This document shows, piece by piece, positions 1-11,575 of a stretch of 64,000 nt of DNA (positions within the stretch are counted from its first letter, which is position 1; each line of letters opens with the position of its first letter). The notes beneath the pieces are model-generated. The model ran no database searches, was not told the DNA's origin, and was given only the letters and a program-made list of their open reading frames with translations. Source of the stretch: Camelus dromedarius (taxonomy: Eukaryota). Where the stretch lies: NCBI RefSeq assembly GCF_036321535.1, contig NC_087437.1, positions 25,794,001 to 25,858,000 of the forward strand, written 5' to 3'. Both the position numbers and the translations under genes were made by a program.

Positions 1-1165
1 AGACCTAAATTTAAGAATTGAACGTACAAAACTCTTAGAAGAAAACATAAGAGTAAATCTTCATGACTTTGGGTTAGGCAATGGTTTCTTAGATATAACA
101 CCAAAAACATAAATAAAAAAGAAAAATAAATAAATCTGACTATGAAGAAATGTAAAACTTTTGTGCTGCAAAATGCACTAAGTGGAAAGTCAACCCACAG
201 AATGGGAGGATATATTTGCAAATCATATCTATATGCATATCATGTATATCTGATAAGGGACCTGTATCCAGAATATATGAAGAACTCTTCCAACTTAGTA
301 ATAAAAAACCAACTCAGTTAAAAAATGAGTAAAGTGTTTGAACAGACATTTCTCCAAAGAAAATATTCAAATGGCCAATAAGCACATGAAAAATGTTCAA
401 CATCACTAGTCATTAGGGAAATGCAAGTCAAAACCACAACGAGATACCACTCCAAACCTATTAGGATAGCTATAATAAAAAAGACAATAACAAGTATTGG
501 CTAAGACGTAAAGAAATTGGAACCCTCGTACTAGTGGGGATGCAAAGTGATACTTAAAACTTTGGAAAACAGCCTGGCAGTTCTTGAAATGGTAAACACA
601 GAGTTACCATATGATCTAGCAAATCTACTCTTGATATATATCCAGGAGAAAGGAAAACATATATTCACGCAAAAACTTGGAATCTAATATTCACAGCAGC
701 GTTATTCATAATAGCTAAACAGTGGAAACTATCCAAAAGTCTGCCAACATATTTATCTATGAAATGGATAACTAAGATGTGATATATCCATATAATGAAA
801 TATTCAGCCATAAAAAGGAATGAAATACTGATGCATGCCACAACATGGAAGAACCATGAAAACATTTTGCCAAGTGAAAGAAGCCAGTTACAAAAGACTA
901 CATATACGCAAATCTCTATAGACAAATCTGCAGAGACAGAAGGAAGATTAGCAGTTGGCTAAGGGCTGAGGGAAAAGGAGAGAACAAGGAGTTCTAATGG
1001 GTACAGGTTTCTTTTTGGGTGATGAAAATAGTCTAAGCTTAGACTGTGGTGATCTTTGCACAACTCTTGTGAATATACTAAAAACCACTTAATCGTGTTC
1101 TTTAAATGGTTCACTTTAAATTGTATACTTTTCATAGTATGTGAATCCTATCTCAGAAGATTTTT
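1..1165 (+). mobile_element. Old LINE-1 3' portion (ORF2 C-terminus + 3' UTR, L1MB-like), truncated by window edge
   Basis: Typical L1 ORF2-end/3'UTR text (aaaactcttagaagaaaacata...; ttcaacatcactagtcattagggaaatgcaagtcaaaaccac; ttcagccataaaaaggaatgaa), many stops; subfamily from recall. Confidence 0.85.
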
Positions 1166-1844
1166 TTTTGAAGGCAATGTAACTAGTCGCCAGGCCTTTG
1201 CAATTTGTAGACTTTTGGCCTCACAGGATAATCTTTCTTGAAACTAAGCTTCCAATTAGAAATGGACAGGGTTGTGGTCACTGACAACAATTCTGGGTAT
1301 GAATTTTGTGAGTTATCAATTAAGGGCAAAGTTTTAAGTAGTTAGTTATCTAGTTAGTTCCTGTGTCTGGCCAGATGTGGGACATCTATTTCATGGACAG
1401 TCTGTGGGAACCATTTGTGTCTTAGGCCAGCAGCTTGCCCTCTGCTTTGGAATATATTTCTAGGTCAGTTGCTTCGACCACCAATTAGTATGTGTGCTCA
1501 AGGGAATGCAAACTGATTTCAGCACTATCTTAAGCAAAACATAATTAGGAAGGTAAGTATCCTGCCAAAAAATTATGTAATGCATTCCAAAGCCAGCTAA
1601 AAATTAATTTGAACCAACCAGGCTGCATGTACGCATTTAGCATAGATTTAAGTGGCTAGTAGTTATATGTACTCATGCAGAGTACAGATTTTCTTTTTAA
1701 ATTAAATCTTTCTTTTAGGAATCAGAAATCCTGCCAGTTTAAATTTCACAGGAAAAAATAAACAAATGAGTCTTAAACATTTGTCTCACTACAACGTGCA
1801 TGTCATCTACTACCGCAAAGCCTTATAGTCCAGAATGTTCGAAT

Positions 1845-2978
1845 ACCTTGCTATTCAAAGTTGGTCCACAACCTGAAATCCTCCAAGACCACTAAGTCAG
1901 AATCTGCATTTTTATATTTTAACAAAATCCCCAGGCAATTTGTGGGCACATTAAAATTTTTTTTATTGAAGTATATTTGATATACGATGTTGTGTTACTT
2001 TTAGGTGTACAACAAAGTGGTTCAGCTATACATACACATATATATACATATATACACATAGACATACATATATATTTACACACACATTCTTTTTCTGGTT
2101 CTTTTCCATTACAGACTACTACAAGATATTGAATATAGTTCCCTGTGCTATACAGGGATACAAAACCTTCTTCATCCTGTAAAATGAGGATACAAAACTA
2201 CTTCACAATGGATCCTTGCTGTAAATATACTATATATATATTTATTTTATATATAGTAGTGTGTATATGTTAATCCCAAACTCCTAATTATCCTTCCCCT
2301 CAACCTCTTCCCCTTTAGTAACCAGAGTTTGTTTTCTATGTCTGTGAGTCTATTTCTGGTTTGTAAATAAGTTCATTTGTATATATTTTTTAGATTCCAC
2401 ATATAAATGATATCATATGATGATATTTGTCCTTCTCTAGCTGATTTACTTCACTTACTATGATAATCACTAGGTCCATCCATGTTGCTGCAAATGGTAT
2501 TATTCCATTCTCTTTTATGGCTGAATAATATTCCACTGTATATATATAACATCTTCTTTATCCATTCATCATTTAGGTTACTTCCATGCCTTAGCTATTA
2601 TAAATAGTGCTGCTATGAACATTGGGGTGCATGTATCTTTTTAAATTAGAGTTTTCTCTAGATAAGTGTCCAGGAGTGGGATTGCTGGATTATATGATAA
2701 CTCTATTGTTAGTTTTTTAAGGCACCTCCATACTGTTCTCCATAGTGGCTGCACCAATTTATAGTCACACCAACAGTATGGGAAGGTTCCTTTTTCTCCA
2801 CACCCTCTCCAGCATTTATTATTTGTAGACTTTTTAATGATGGCCATTCTGACTGGTGTGAGGTGGTACCTCATTGTGGTTTTGATTTGCATTTCTCTAA
2901 TAATTAGCAAATATTGGGCATTTTTCATGTGCCTGTGGCCATATGGATGTCTTAGTCGCATCACATTTTGAGAAGCTG
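1845..2978. mobile_element. MER5-like hAT DNA transposon fragment, split by an L1 insertion (left part ~1845-1955, right end ~2962-2978)
   Basis: gaatctgcatttt..aacaaaatccccaggcaatttgtgggcacattaaa, then tttgagaagc resumes after the L1; resembles the MER5A terminus cacactaaagtttgagaaccactg. Confidence 0.55.
1955..2950 (-). mobile_element. 5'-truncated LINE-1 3' end (cetartiodactyl/camelid type)
   Basis: Poly-T then ttattgaagtata...; ORF 2641..2964(-) is L1 ORF2 C-terminal peptide ([26 protein letters not shown]). Confidence 0.9.
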
Positions 2979-4144
2979 TGATCTCATACCTACTGAAGCT
3001 GAATGCAGAACAGGCCCAGGAAAACTAGCCACTGTTGGTAACCTCAATTAAGAAAACATGCAAGAGTAGACTGTAGCAACTTCAAAATGTCCCAATTTGG
3101 TTCAATGTGGTAACCGCTGTAAAGTTTTTGTTTCTGCAAATATGCATGAAACACCTGTAGTGACTACTTTTACTGAAACTTGCTGGGGGATGGGGCAGAG
3201 AGGAGCTTGTTCCTAAGGGAAGCTTACCAGTTCTGGTTGTCACCAGGCCCTTTTGGCCCCAGAACCACAAACTGCAGAAGCCCAGCCTGGACAGTTAGGC
3301 TTCAAGAAGAAGGTGATCAAGGGCCACTGATGGCAGGAGGGTTCCTGGGTGAAAGATGGAAACTGCATTCTTTCAGGTCCATTTATCAGTATGAAAAGGA
3401 GCAATTCAGACCCGGAAGCATCACTCCGTTTTCCCTCTCCCCAGGCTGGTACAATTCACATATGGCCTTTATATTCCTTAAAGAGCTCCGACTCTTCTAA
3501 TCCTAAAGACTTTGAATAAGTGGAAACCCATTCATTGCCCCCACATTTCCACTTCCTGCAAAGGAGGTTTATAATGTCAAGTAACCAGGTGGTCTTCCCT
3601 AGGGCATCAGTGGTCTCCCTGCCATGGTAGGGATGGGGGAAAGGATTCAAGAGAGTCTCCCAGAGGGTGGCAGTCTGGGCTAAGGACCACAAATTTGCAT
3701 TTTAACAAGTGTCCCAAGGTCGAGGCCTACACTAGAGGAAACGGTGGTATAATTGGTTTGAGAATAGCAATACCATCTTTACAAATAAATCACTTGTTCT
3801 AAAGCAGCTATTTCATTTTTCCAACTGGTGTTGTCAGCTTCCTGCTAGGCTTCCACTCAGCACTTACTGAGCAGAGACTTGTGCTTGCTGTGCTGTTCTT
3901 CTGGTTGTGTTTGGGCTGGATGGAAGAGACGGGGAGAGAAGGGTGTGATCACATTAGGGAGCTATTTCTCAACTTCCTAGAAGAATGACAAATTCACCTT
4001 TTCATGTCTTGTGAAACAGATTAACCTTAACAACTACATTACCCAACCAGTTACCATAATTTTCTGACTTTTATCATAGCAGCGTACCAGAGATGTCATG
4101 GTCTTGCCAGTAAAAAGGTCACTTATGGAAGGAAACTAACTGCC

Positions 4145-4300
4145 ATGGTTCAAATCCTACCTTCTCTACTTATATGATATGACCATAGACAAGTAATTTA
4201 ACTTTCGGTGCCTCAGTTTCCTCGTCTGTAAAATGAGGATACAAAACCTACTTCATTGAGTTAATGTGAAGATTAAATGAAAACACCTAAATACTTAATT
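4145..4300 (+). mobile_element. MIR SINE
   Basis: ggttcaaatcc...gtgcctcagtttcctcgtctgtaaaatgagg...gtgaagattaaatga MIR core. Confidence 0.8.
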
Positions 4301-4589
4301 GATGCAGAGGACCCCAAGAATCTAATATACGGAAGAGTCATTCTGTTTTTCAGTTAAGGCCACCAAGAAATGCTTCTAGAGGCTGATTTGGAATTCTAGG
4401 TGAAGAAAGGGGAATTAAAATTTAATTCAGGCAGTTCAGATGAATTATTATTAACTATAGTGATAACAGGAACTAGGGTTTTCTGTTTGGTAAGTTCCCT
4501 AACCCTTGGCTTCTTTGGGAGTTTGTCCCACTTACGCCACACTCTGCCCCAAAGTCCCCCTCCAAATCTTTGACTCGGGGTGGGGGGGG

Positions 4590-5620
4590 GGGGACGACAC
4601 GGAGGCTCGCGGTCCCAGGCAGGTGCCCCTTGAGAGCAGTACCAGGACCAGAGGGGCCGAGGAGAGGGGCCGAGGAGATGGACCCAGAGCCGAGACCCAG
4701 GGCTGGAAGGGCTGAGTGAGGACCCAGCCAGGTCCCGCAGCCCCGGGGCAGCCTCCCGGGCCGGCCGCGCGGCGGGGAGGATGCCGGAGGGCGCGGGGAG
4801 CGTGCGCGGCCACGTGACGGCAGCTATAAGAGCGCTCCGGGCGGACTCTCGGCTCCCGCCGCGCCTCCTCGCTGGCCGCGCTCCCTCCCGGCGCCGGGCT
4901 TCTCCGAGCCACCAACCTGCGGCTGCGGCGGCCGCCCGCGCCCCCGGCAGCACCATGACAGGTACGCGCCGCGCCGCGCCGCCCACCACCGCCGCCGCCG
5001 CCTTCCTTCTCCCCCTACGTCCGCCCGTCCGCCCCGGGGGAGCTGCCGGCTGGACGAGGACCGGCGCAAAGTTGCAGGCTGGCCGCAGCCGGGCGTGTCG
5101 CTTCCTGCGTCAGCCGCTGCCCCGCCGCCCCGGGGACCCGAGCTGCCGTCCGGACCCAGGAGACGCAGCCCTGGGGGCCCTCCCGGCAGCGCCTGGGCCC
5201 TCCGCCGGCGCCCCCGTTCCTGCTTCCGTCTCCTTGCCCTTCCTCCTGCGCTCACCGTGAAGGGCGGGCGGAGCAGCTGCGCGGGCGGCGTGGGGGTGGG
5301 GAGCCGGCTCCCCGGGGGCGCCGGTCCCGAGCCCCGGAGCGCGGCGGGGGCGCCGGCGCTCTCCCCACCGCCTGCGGGCCGGAACCCTCGGAAGGGGCGG
5401 CCGCGAGGCCAGGACGCCGGCGGCCCCGGCCCGGCTCTTCGGCCGCCCGCCCCGGCGCTGGCCGCCACGCCGAGCCTATTTTTAGGCCTTTGGGGCTGGG
5501 TTGCGGGAAGTGGGAGCCCGGGGAGCGGGCCCCGCGCGGTGTGAGGGCGCCGGCCGACTTGTTGCAAGGTGACGGGGCTGCACGGCGAACCTGCCCCCGA
5601 GGGCCGGAGGCCCCGAGGTA
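4590..5620. promoter_or_regulatory. GYG1: CpG island / GYG1 promoter and first exon
   Basis: Very high GC and CpG density spanning the ATG exon; E-box CACGTG 4811-4816; TATAAG 4825-4830; GC boxes. Confidence 0.9.
4955..4961 (+). CDS. GYG1: GYG1 coding exon 1 (ATGACAG)
   Basis: Kozak-like CACCATGA; donor G|GTACG; joins in frame to exon 2 giving MTDQAF. Confidence 0.93.
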
Positions 5621-7262
5621 ACTGGTCCTTCCCGTGCTGTTCAGGCGAATAGCAGGGGTATTTCAGCAGTTGAACTGCGGAAAGATTGCAGATACAATCC
5701 GTAGTTCTGCCAGGTTGAACTCCTAGCCAACTGTCATTGGTCTCTGCTGTTCCTTTATAATGTTGGCTAGGTCTGGCGCTCTAGCCTATGTTCCTAAGCA
5801 TTTGATCTGTCCCTTGCATCATCTTGGAAACAGTCCATATCCTTGCTTCCCCAAATCCTTGAAACTTACTACCTTATTAAACATTTCTCCACCATCCCCC
5901 GGAATCAGGACCACTTTTACGTTACATCATTCATTATGCACCTTGGGCAGGCTGACTGAAATGCCTTCTTATGATGGGCTGAAGGAGCAAGTACTGACAG
6001 AGGTTGATGGGCATGTCAAGGGACAGAGGGTACTGTTCTGAGCTTCCCTAGGGTGTGACTGGCTGGGATGCCAGTGGCCCTGCAGGGATGGGGAACACCA
6101 GTCTTTCTACAACTTAAGGGAGAGTCCAACACTATGTGTAAAGGAGGCCCTGGGATCAGAGGCTGGGGTGTGTGTTGGCCCACTTGACAACCTGCAACTT
6201 CCTCTCACTTCTCAGTGGAATTTCCATGGTCTCCAGCTTCCACTTTAGAAAATGGGCCAAGGGAGAATGACAAAACCTAAGACAGAGAATGATTTCATGA
6301 CAAAATGTCCCAACTGCCTGCTTGGGCCACAGTGCCCCAAGTGAACCCTGCCAGAGCTTGATCCTAAGTATCCTGTACATTTGGATGGCCACCAGCTTGC
6401 TAATGTCAAAACCCCTTCGGAGACAGCGTGTGCCCCAGAATCATCCCGGGAAAGGACTGGAGAAATCCTAAAGGCTGTGCTGGTGGCCTTGGGTGCCTGG
6501 GGTGTGTTCAGGAGGAAATAATTCACGTGTTTGCTTTCAGCCCTAGTGATTATCGGAGACTGATTTTTGAGTGTGTGAAAGAGTGTTGGGAGGGCCCTAG
6601 GGTACAGGATAGGGGGTACTGCTTGTTTCTCCGAGGGAAAAGAGGCAGGTTTCCTAGAGCTTGTGCGGCTGTCCCTAAATCCATTTAACAGCAATGGGCC
6701 ACTATTTACATAGAAGCATCGATTTGGCAAGGTGATGTTTGAGAGAGTCTTTGCTCCAGGTTGAGGAAATAGTATAAAAGCCTGAGATTTGGCAGATGGA
6801 AGCACCAGAATGAAGAATATGGCCTCTGCGTTAGGATACTCTCTGTTGAGGTTGTTGGCTGGATTTGTGCTTGGCTGAAAATACTGTTTAGGGTACCTTG
6901 TAGGAGAAACAGAAAGTGCACTTCTTGCTCTTGTCATTACTACCTGTTAATTGTCTGAGGTTCACCCTCTGGGTGTTAAGCTGCTGTTTAGTCTGAGAAT
7001 TTAGCTCGTGTGGACTCTAAATTGGATTTAATTTTTATAGCTCAGTCAGCCTCTTGGAGGTTGCCAGAGATTCCCTGCTAAAGAACGGTCTGGAACCATT
7101 CTTAAAGTGGGCATTTGGGTTCTCCCTCCCACGCCACCCTCCAAGAGGCTGCTCCTTTATTAAGGGAGCTAGTTAATCTCAAAGGAATTGATTTTGCCAA
7201 ATACTCACTGAAGAGGGTCCTGGGGTAACGTTTAATGAATGTGTTTCTTTCCTTGCATCAAG

Positions 7263-7398
7263 ATCAGGCCTTTGTGACGCTGACCACAAACGATGCCTAC
7301 GCCAAAGGAGCCCTGGTCCTTGGTTCGTCTCTTAAACAGCACAGGACCACCAGGAAGCTGGCTGTGCTCATCACCCCACAGGTCTCAGACTCCATGAG
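7263..7398 (+). CDS. GYG1: GYG1 coding exon 2
   Basis: aag|ATCAGGCC...ATGAG|gtgagg; [46 protein letters not shown]. Confidence 0.97.
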
Positions 7399-9217
7399 GT
7401 GAGGACCTTACTGCCAGCTGTTGCTGGAGCTCTGACATCCCTCTCCCCTGTTTCTGACATCAGTGGACATTGAGGCCATACCCTTTCCATGGGTTGAGTG
7501 CCGGTGAAGAGAGATGAGAGTTGCTGAGTGAAGAATTCCTGGGCCTGAAACCTCTTCCTCCTCCTCGGGAGATGTTCCAACCAAGCTCCCTCCGGGAGGT
7601 GGTGTTCTCGCCCAGGAGATTCCGACCAGGAGCAGGGCTCTCCTGTGGACAGGCTCTCTTGGGGCAATCCGAGTGAGTGTCTCGGTGCAGCCACCCCCCG
7701 GCACATCCTCAGACTTCACTTGCACGCCCTTCCCCAAATGCAGCAGATGCTGTTTGCTCCTATTTCCAACCAGGGAAACCTAGGGTGACTTTGAAAGAAA
7801 GTAGCAGTTTTCGCCACCACAAGTTGACATTAGTAACATAAAGATCTTTATTTACAATTTGAGAGACTAGAAGGGCTCTCTGAATTAGGGGCCCTGCTAG
7901 GAGAGCACCCTGGGGGGCACAGGCTGCTTGTTGGTTGGGTTAGTTTGTGTCAATTTGTTGGAATTAATTTTCGAAGTATCTGAATGAACTACTTTGATCC
8001 TAATGCTAACTTATTTTAAAATATCTGGGCACTCTAGCAGCTCTGTATTGTGTTTATTTTTGCGTTCTCCTATCCCTTTTAGAAATTGAAAACGCCCTTT
8101 TGTGGCTTTTTTTTTTAATGTAAGCACATGCCAAGGACCTCTGAAAAAGAGCCATTATATATACATAAATGTATTTCTCACACTAACAACCTTGTTCCTA
8201 AAGGGTAATTTAGTAAAATGCCCCCCCCCCAAATGTCTCCTATGTGTATGTCCTAATCTATAGTCTCTTTCGTGAGGATTATGTAAGAAGGTGGATGCAG
8301 TCTTAGAACCCAGCCCCCTTTACTGTGGTAAATGGTGCCACCAACCATTTCTTTCAAAAAGATCAAGTTTACTGTGTGAACTAGCATGCATTTTTGCACA
8401 GATTTCAAAGCAATAATGCAATACCAGTTTTGTTCTACATGCTTGACATGGTTATAAACACTCAGTGATGCTCTGTCTTTACCGTATCTTTTTCCCTGTG
8501 CTGAGTTTGGCATCTTACCTGAGGACACCCCGCTTACTTCAGCTCAGGCTTGCTTTCTAAAATAAATCTTTAGTTAATTTTGGGCATAGAGAAGTACTGT
8601 ACCTCATAGACTAGAGTGAGCCTCTCATTATGAGTGCTAAGCACATAATAAATGTTGGTTATATCCGAGGCCAAAAACTGGAAACCCAATAATTGAGTCA
8701 TTTAACTTCTTTTAGGACATGGAGCCTCTGTCAACTGCTTTAGCAAAAATTATCAGCTATAGGCTTCATTGCAGATATTATATGTGCTTAACTCAGCATC
8801 ATTTGTAAAAGTATTCAGTGGGCAGCAAGAATCAGTTCTAGTAAAATATTATTAAAGACATAGGCTGTTGCAAAGGTGTATTAGCAAACATCAGTAAAAT
8901 TTTCACAGGCTATTTCACAATTTGTCTGATATTCATGGTACAGTGAAGCATAGAAAGCATCTTCTGTGATAATATTTTAAGACAAGTAGTTCATCCTCAC
9001 CATAAGCAGTTCTTACTGTTTCAGTGAAGTCAACTGCACATGCAAATTAACACAGTTTGTCCTGAAGTAAATTAGGACATATTTAAGAGACTGTAATATA
9101 CCAAAGTAACAGACTGCTCTAGTAATTGTTGGGCTAATAAGAATGCAGTCTTACATTAGAAGGGTCACTTGTTCTGCAGAGATGCTGAGAGCTGTTTTCT
9201 GGATTTTATTTTGACAG

Positions 9218-9392
9218 GAAAACTTTAGAGACAATCTTTGACGAAGTCATCATGGTAGATGTCTTGGACAGTGGTGATTCTGCTCATCTAACCTTAATGA
9301 AGAGGCCTGAATTGGGTATCACATTAACTAAACTCCACTGCTGGTCCCTTACACAGTATTCAAAATGTGTGTTCATGGATGCAGATACTCTG
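9218..9392 (+). CDS. GYG1: GYG1 coding exon 3 (DAD motif)
   Basis: cag|GAAAACT...CTG|gtgagt; [24 protein letters not shown]...[10 protein letters not shown]. Confidence 0.97.
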
Positions 9393-9687
9393 GTGAGTAT
9401 GGCTTTGATGGCTGGAAAGATGGATATAGTAACTGAGACCAGTTAGGCATTTAAAGAATGCTGTCAAGACTTGACAGTAAAGTTCAGATAAACTACTGTC
9501 ATAAAAAGTGTCAGGTGTTGAAGGAGGTAGGCCCAGGCTGCCTTACAGCTGTCGTCTGGATGGTTAAGACCAGCAACAGATTGCATCTTTTGTACTGGAT
9601 AACTTAGGGAGAACTTAAGAAGGGTGTGCTGCAGCAGAACAGATCTGAAATGCTTTCCCTTCTCCCCACCCCCTGCCCTTGAATCAG

Positions 9688-9850
9688 GTCCTAGCAAATA
9701 TCGATGATCTTTTTGAGAGAGAAGAACTGTCGGCGGCACCAGACCCAGGGTGGCCTGACTGCTTCAATTCTGGAGTCTTTGTTTATCGGCCTTCAGTTGA
9801 AACATACAATCAGCTGTTGCACCTTGCTTCCGAGCAAGGTAGTTTTGATG
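9688..9850 (+). CDS. GYG1: GYG1 coding exon 4
   Basis: cag|GTCCTA...GATG|gtatgt; [32 protein letters not shown]...QGSFDG. Confidence 0.97.
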
Positions 9851-10571
9851 GTATGTATCTGTTTTCTTCATATCTGATAAGCTGTTAGTAACTTCTAGGA
9901 ACTGCTCTTCTCAGGGAGTTGCCTTGGTTCCTTGTGCCTGGAAGGTAGCGATACATGAGATGTGGCAAAGATTTTAAGCTGTGTTGTTTTGGGAAATAGC
10001 GTTATGTGTTTGTGTGCGCGCATGCATCTTTTTCCTATGGGTACATAGGCTGTTTTACAGACTTGCCTTTGATTGATTTTCCTGTGTCTAAATTAGAGTA
10101 TGTTCAATGAACCATGATTATTCAAGACATAATAAAAGACTGTTAAACAAACCAAAAACTTTAACAACTATCTTTAAACCTGAGTAAACTTAAGAACTAA
10201 CAGGAGGACCAGTCACTATCTCCATAAAAATTTGAGGAATAAACCAAATAATTTGGCTCTCATTCTCTTGGGAGGCCTTGAAAGAAAAAAGAAGATAGAC
10301 TGTGTGAATATTTGTCTCCAGATTTTCATTCCCTGTAACACTGTACATCAGATAGAGTGATGTCTGCAAGAGTAGCATATTGGCAAAGCCAGCATCCATT
10401 TGCCACGATGTGTAAGTGTATCTGTAGCTATGTGTGTCTATAGAAAGTTTCTGACTGTAACTTAGGGTCTCACATCCTTTGGAGAATTTTGATTAAATGA
10501 AGTAGTAACTATGCTTCTGTTTCAGGCCAGTCTCTAAAATAATGAATAGTGACTTTAAAAAAAAAACAATA

Positions 10572-10685
10572 AGAGTACATGCTTAGGATGCACGAGGTCT
10601 TGGCTTCCATCCCTAGTACCTCCAGGAAATATAAATAGATAAGTAAACCTAGTTACCCCCCAAAAATAATAAAAATTTTAAAAAC
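10572..10685 (+). mobile_element. 5'-truncated tRNA-Ala-derived SINE (camelid Vic-1-like)
   Basis: agagtacatgcttaggatgcacgaggtcttggcttccatccctagtacctcca + aaacctagttacccccc + A-rich tail; same family as 47837. Confidence 0.75.
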
Positions 10686-10894
10686 TGGAACAAAATGCAC
10701 ACAAGACAAAATTAGTAGTTAATATGCAAAAGCAGCTCCTTTTAAAATTAACGTTGATGGATCTTTTGAATCAAAAAAAGACCCAGTTGCATCTAGGAAG
10801 AAGGATTTGCACTAAGAAGTGCCGTCTCAGCAGCGACTCCCTGTCAGATGCTTGACACGGTGGCAGAAGCCCAGGCTGGAAATGTGGGGACAGG

Positions 10895-11118
10895 CCAGCG
10901 CCCGGATTTGGCCCCCCTCCACCCCACCCCAGGGGACTTTTGGCCCCTTGGGGAGACATTTTTGGTTGTCACAAGTGAGCGGGGAGGGTGCCACTGGCAT
11001 CTAGTGGATAGAGGCCAGGGATGCTGCTGAGCATCCTGCAGTGCATGGACAGCCCCCACACCAAAGGGTTCTCCCGCTCAAGGTGTCAGTAGTGCCAAGG
11101 CTGAAAAAGTCTGCTCTA
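10895..11118 (+). mobile_element. MER20 hAT-Charlie DNA transposon
   Basis: ggagacatttttggttgtcaca...ctggcatctagtggatagaggccagggatgctgct...gtagtgccaaggctgaaaaa matches MER20 consensus from recall. Confidence 0.85.
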
Positions 11119-11351
11119 TGCCGAGTCATTATGTGCTCTAAAACAGTGAGCAGGAACATCTGACCCATAGTGAATGGCAGCATCCGACAAGAAGTGCAGC
11201 CTTATTTTCAGCACCTTAAGTAAGAATGTGTTGAGTGTTCAGTGTGGTTAGGGCCAGATGTAACTTCATGTCACTGACAGTTTTAGCTCCTGCTGCTTTC
11301 CTTTCATGTAAGGAATGAAAGCTGTGTTAGTATTCGAGCTCAGAACATGGA

Positions 11352-11575
11352 TTCCTTCTTCCTTCCTTCCTTCCTTCCTTCCTTTCTCTCTCTCTCTTCC
11401 TCTCTCTCTTTCTTATAGACTTTATTCTTTTCGAGTAGTTTCAGGTTCACAACAGAATTGAGCAGAAAATACAGAATTCCCACATAGCCCTCCCCACCCA
11501 CACATATATCTTCCCCTACCCTCAACATCCCTCATCAGTGTGGCATATTTGGTACAATCGAGGAACCAACTTGTG
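11352..11575 (-). mobile_element. (CCTT)n/(CT)n microsatellite followed by an old L1 3' end fragment
   Basis: ccttccttcctt..ctctctct then tagtttcaggttcacaacagaattgagcagaaaatacagaattccca. Confidence 0.7.

Noticed and set aside
4396..5567. Long overlapping ORFs (127-247 aa) on both strands
   Set aside because: Low-complexity Ala/Gly/Pro/Arg translations caused by stop-codon scarcity in the CpG island; only the 7-nt GYG1 coding start is supported
6245..6937. 230-aa ORF on - strand in GYG1 intron 1
   Set aside because: No recognisable domain, non-ATG start, no supporting gene structure; treated as a chance ORF
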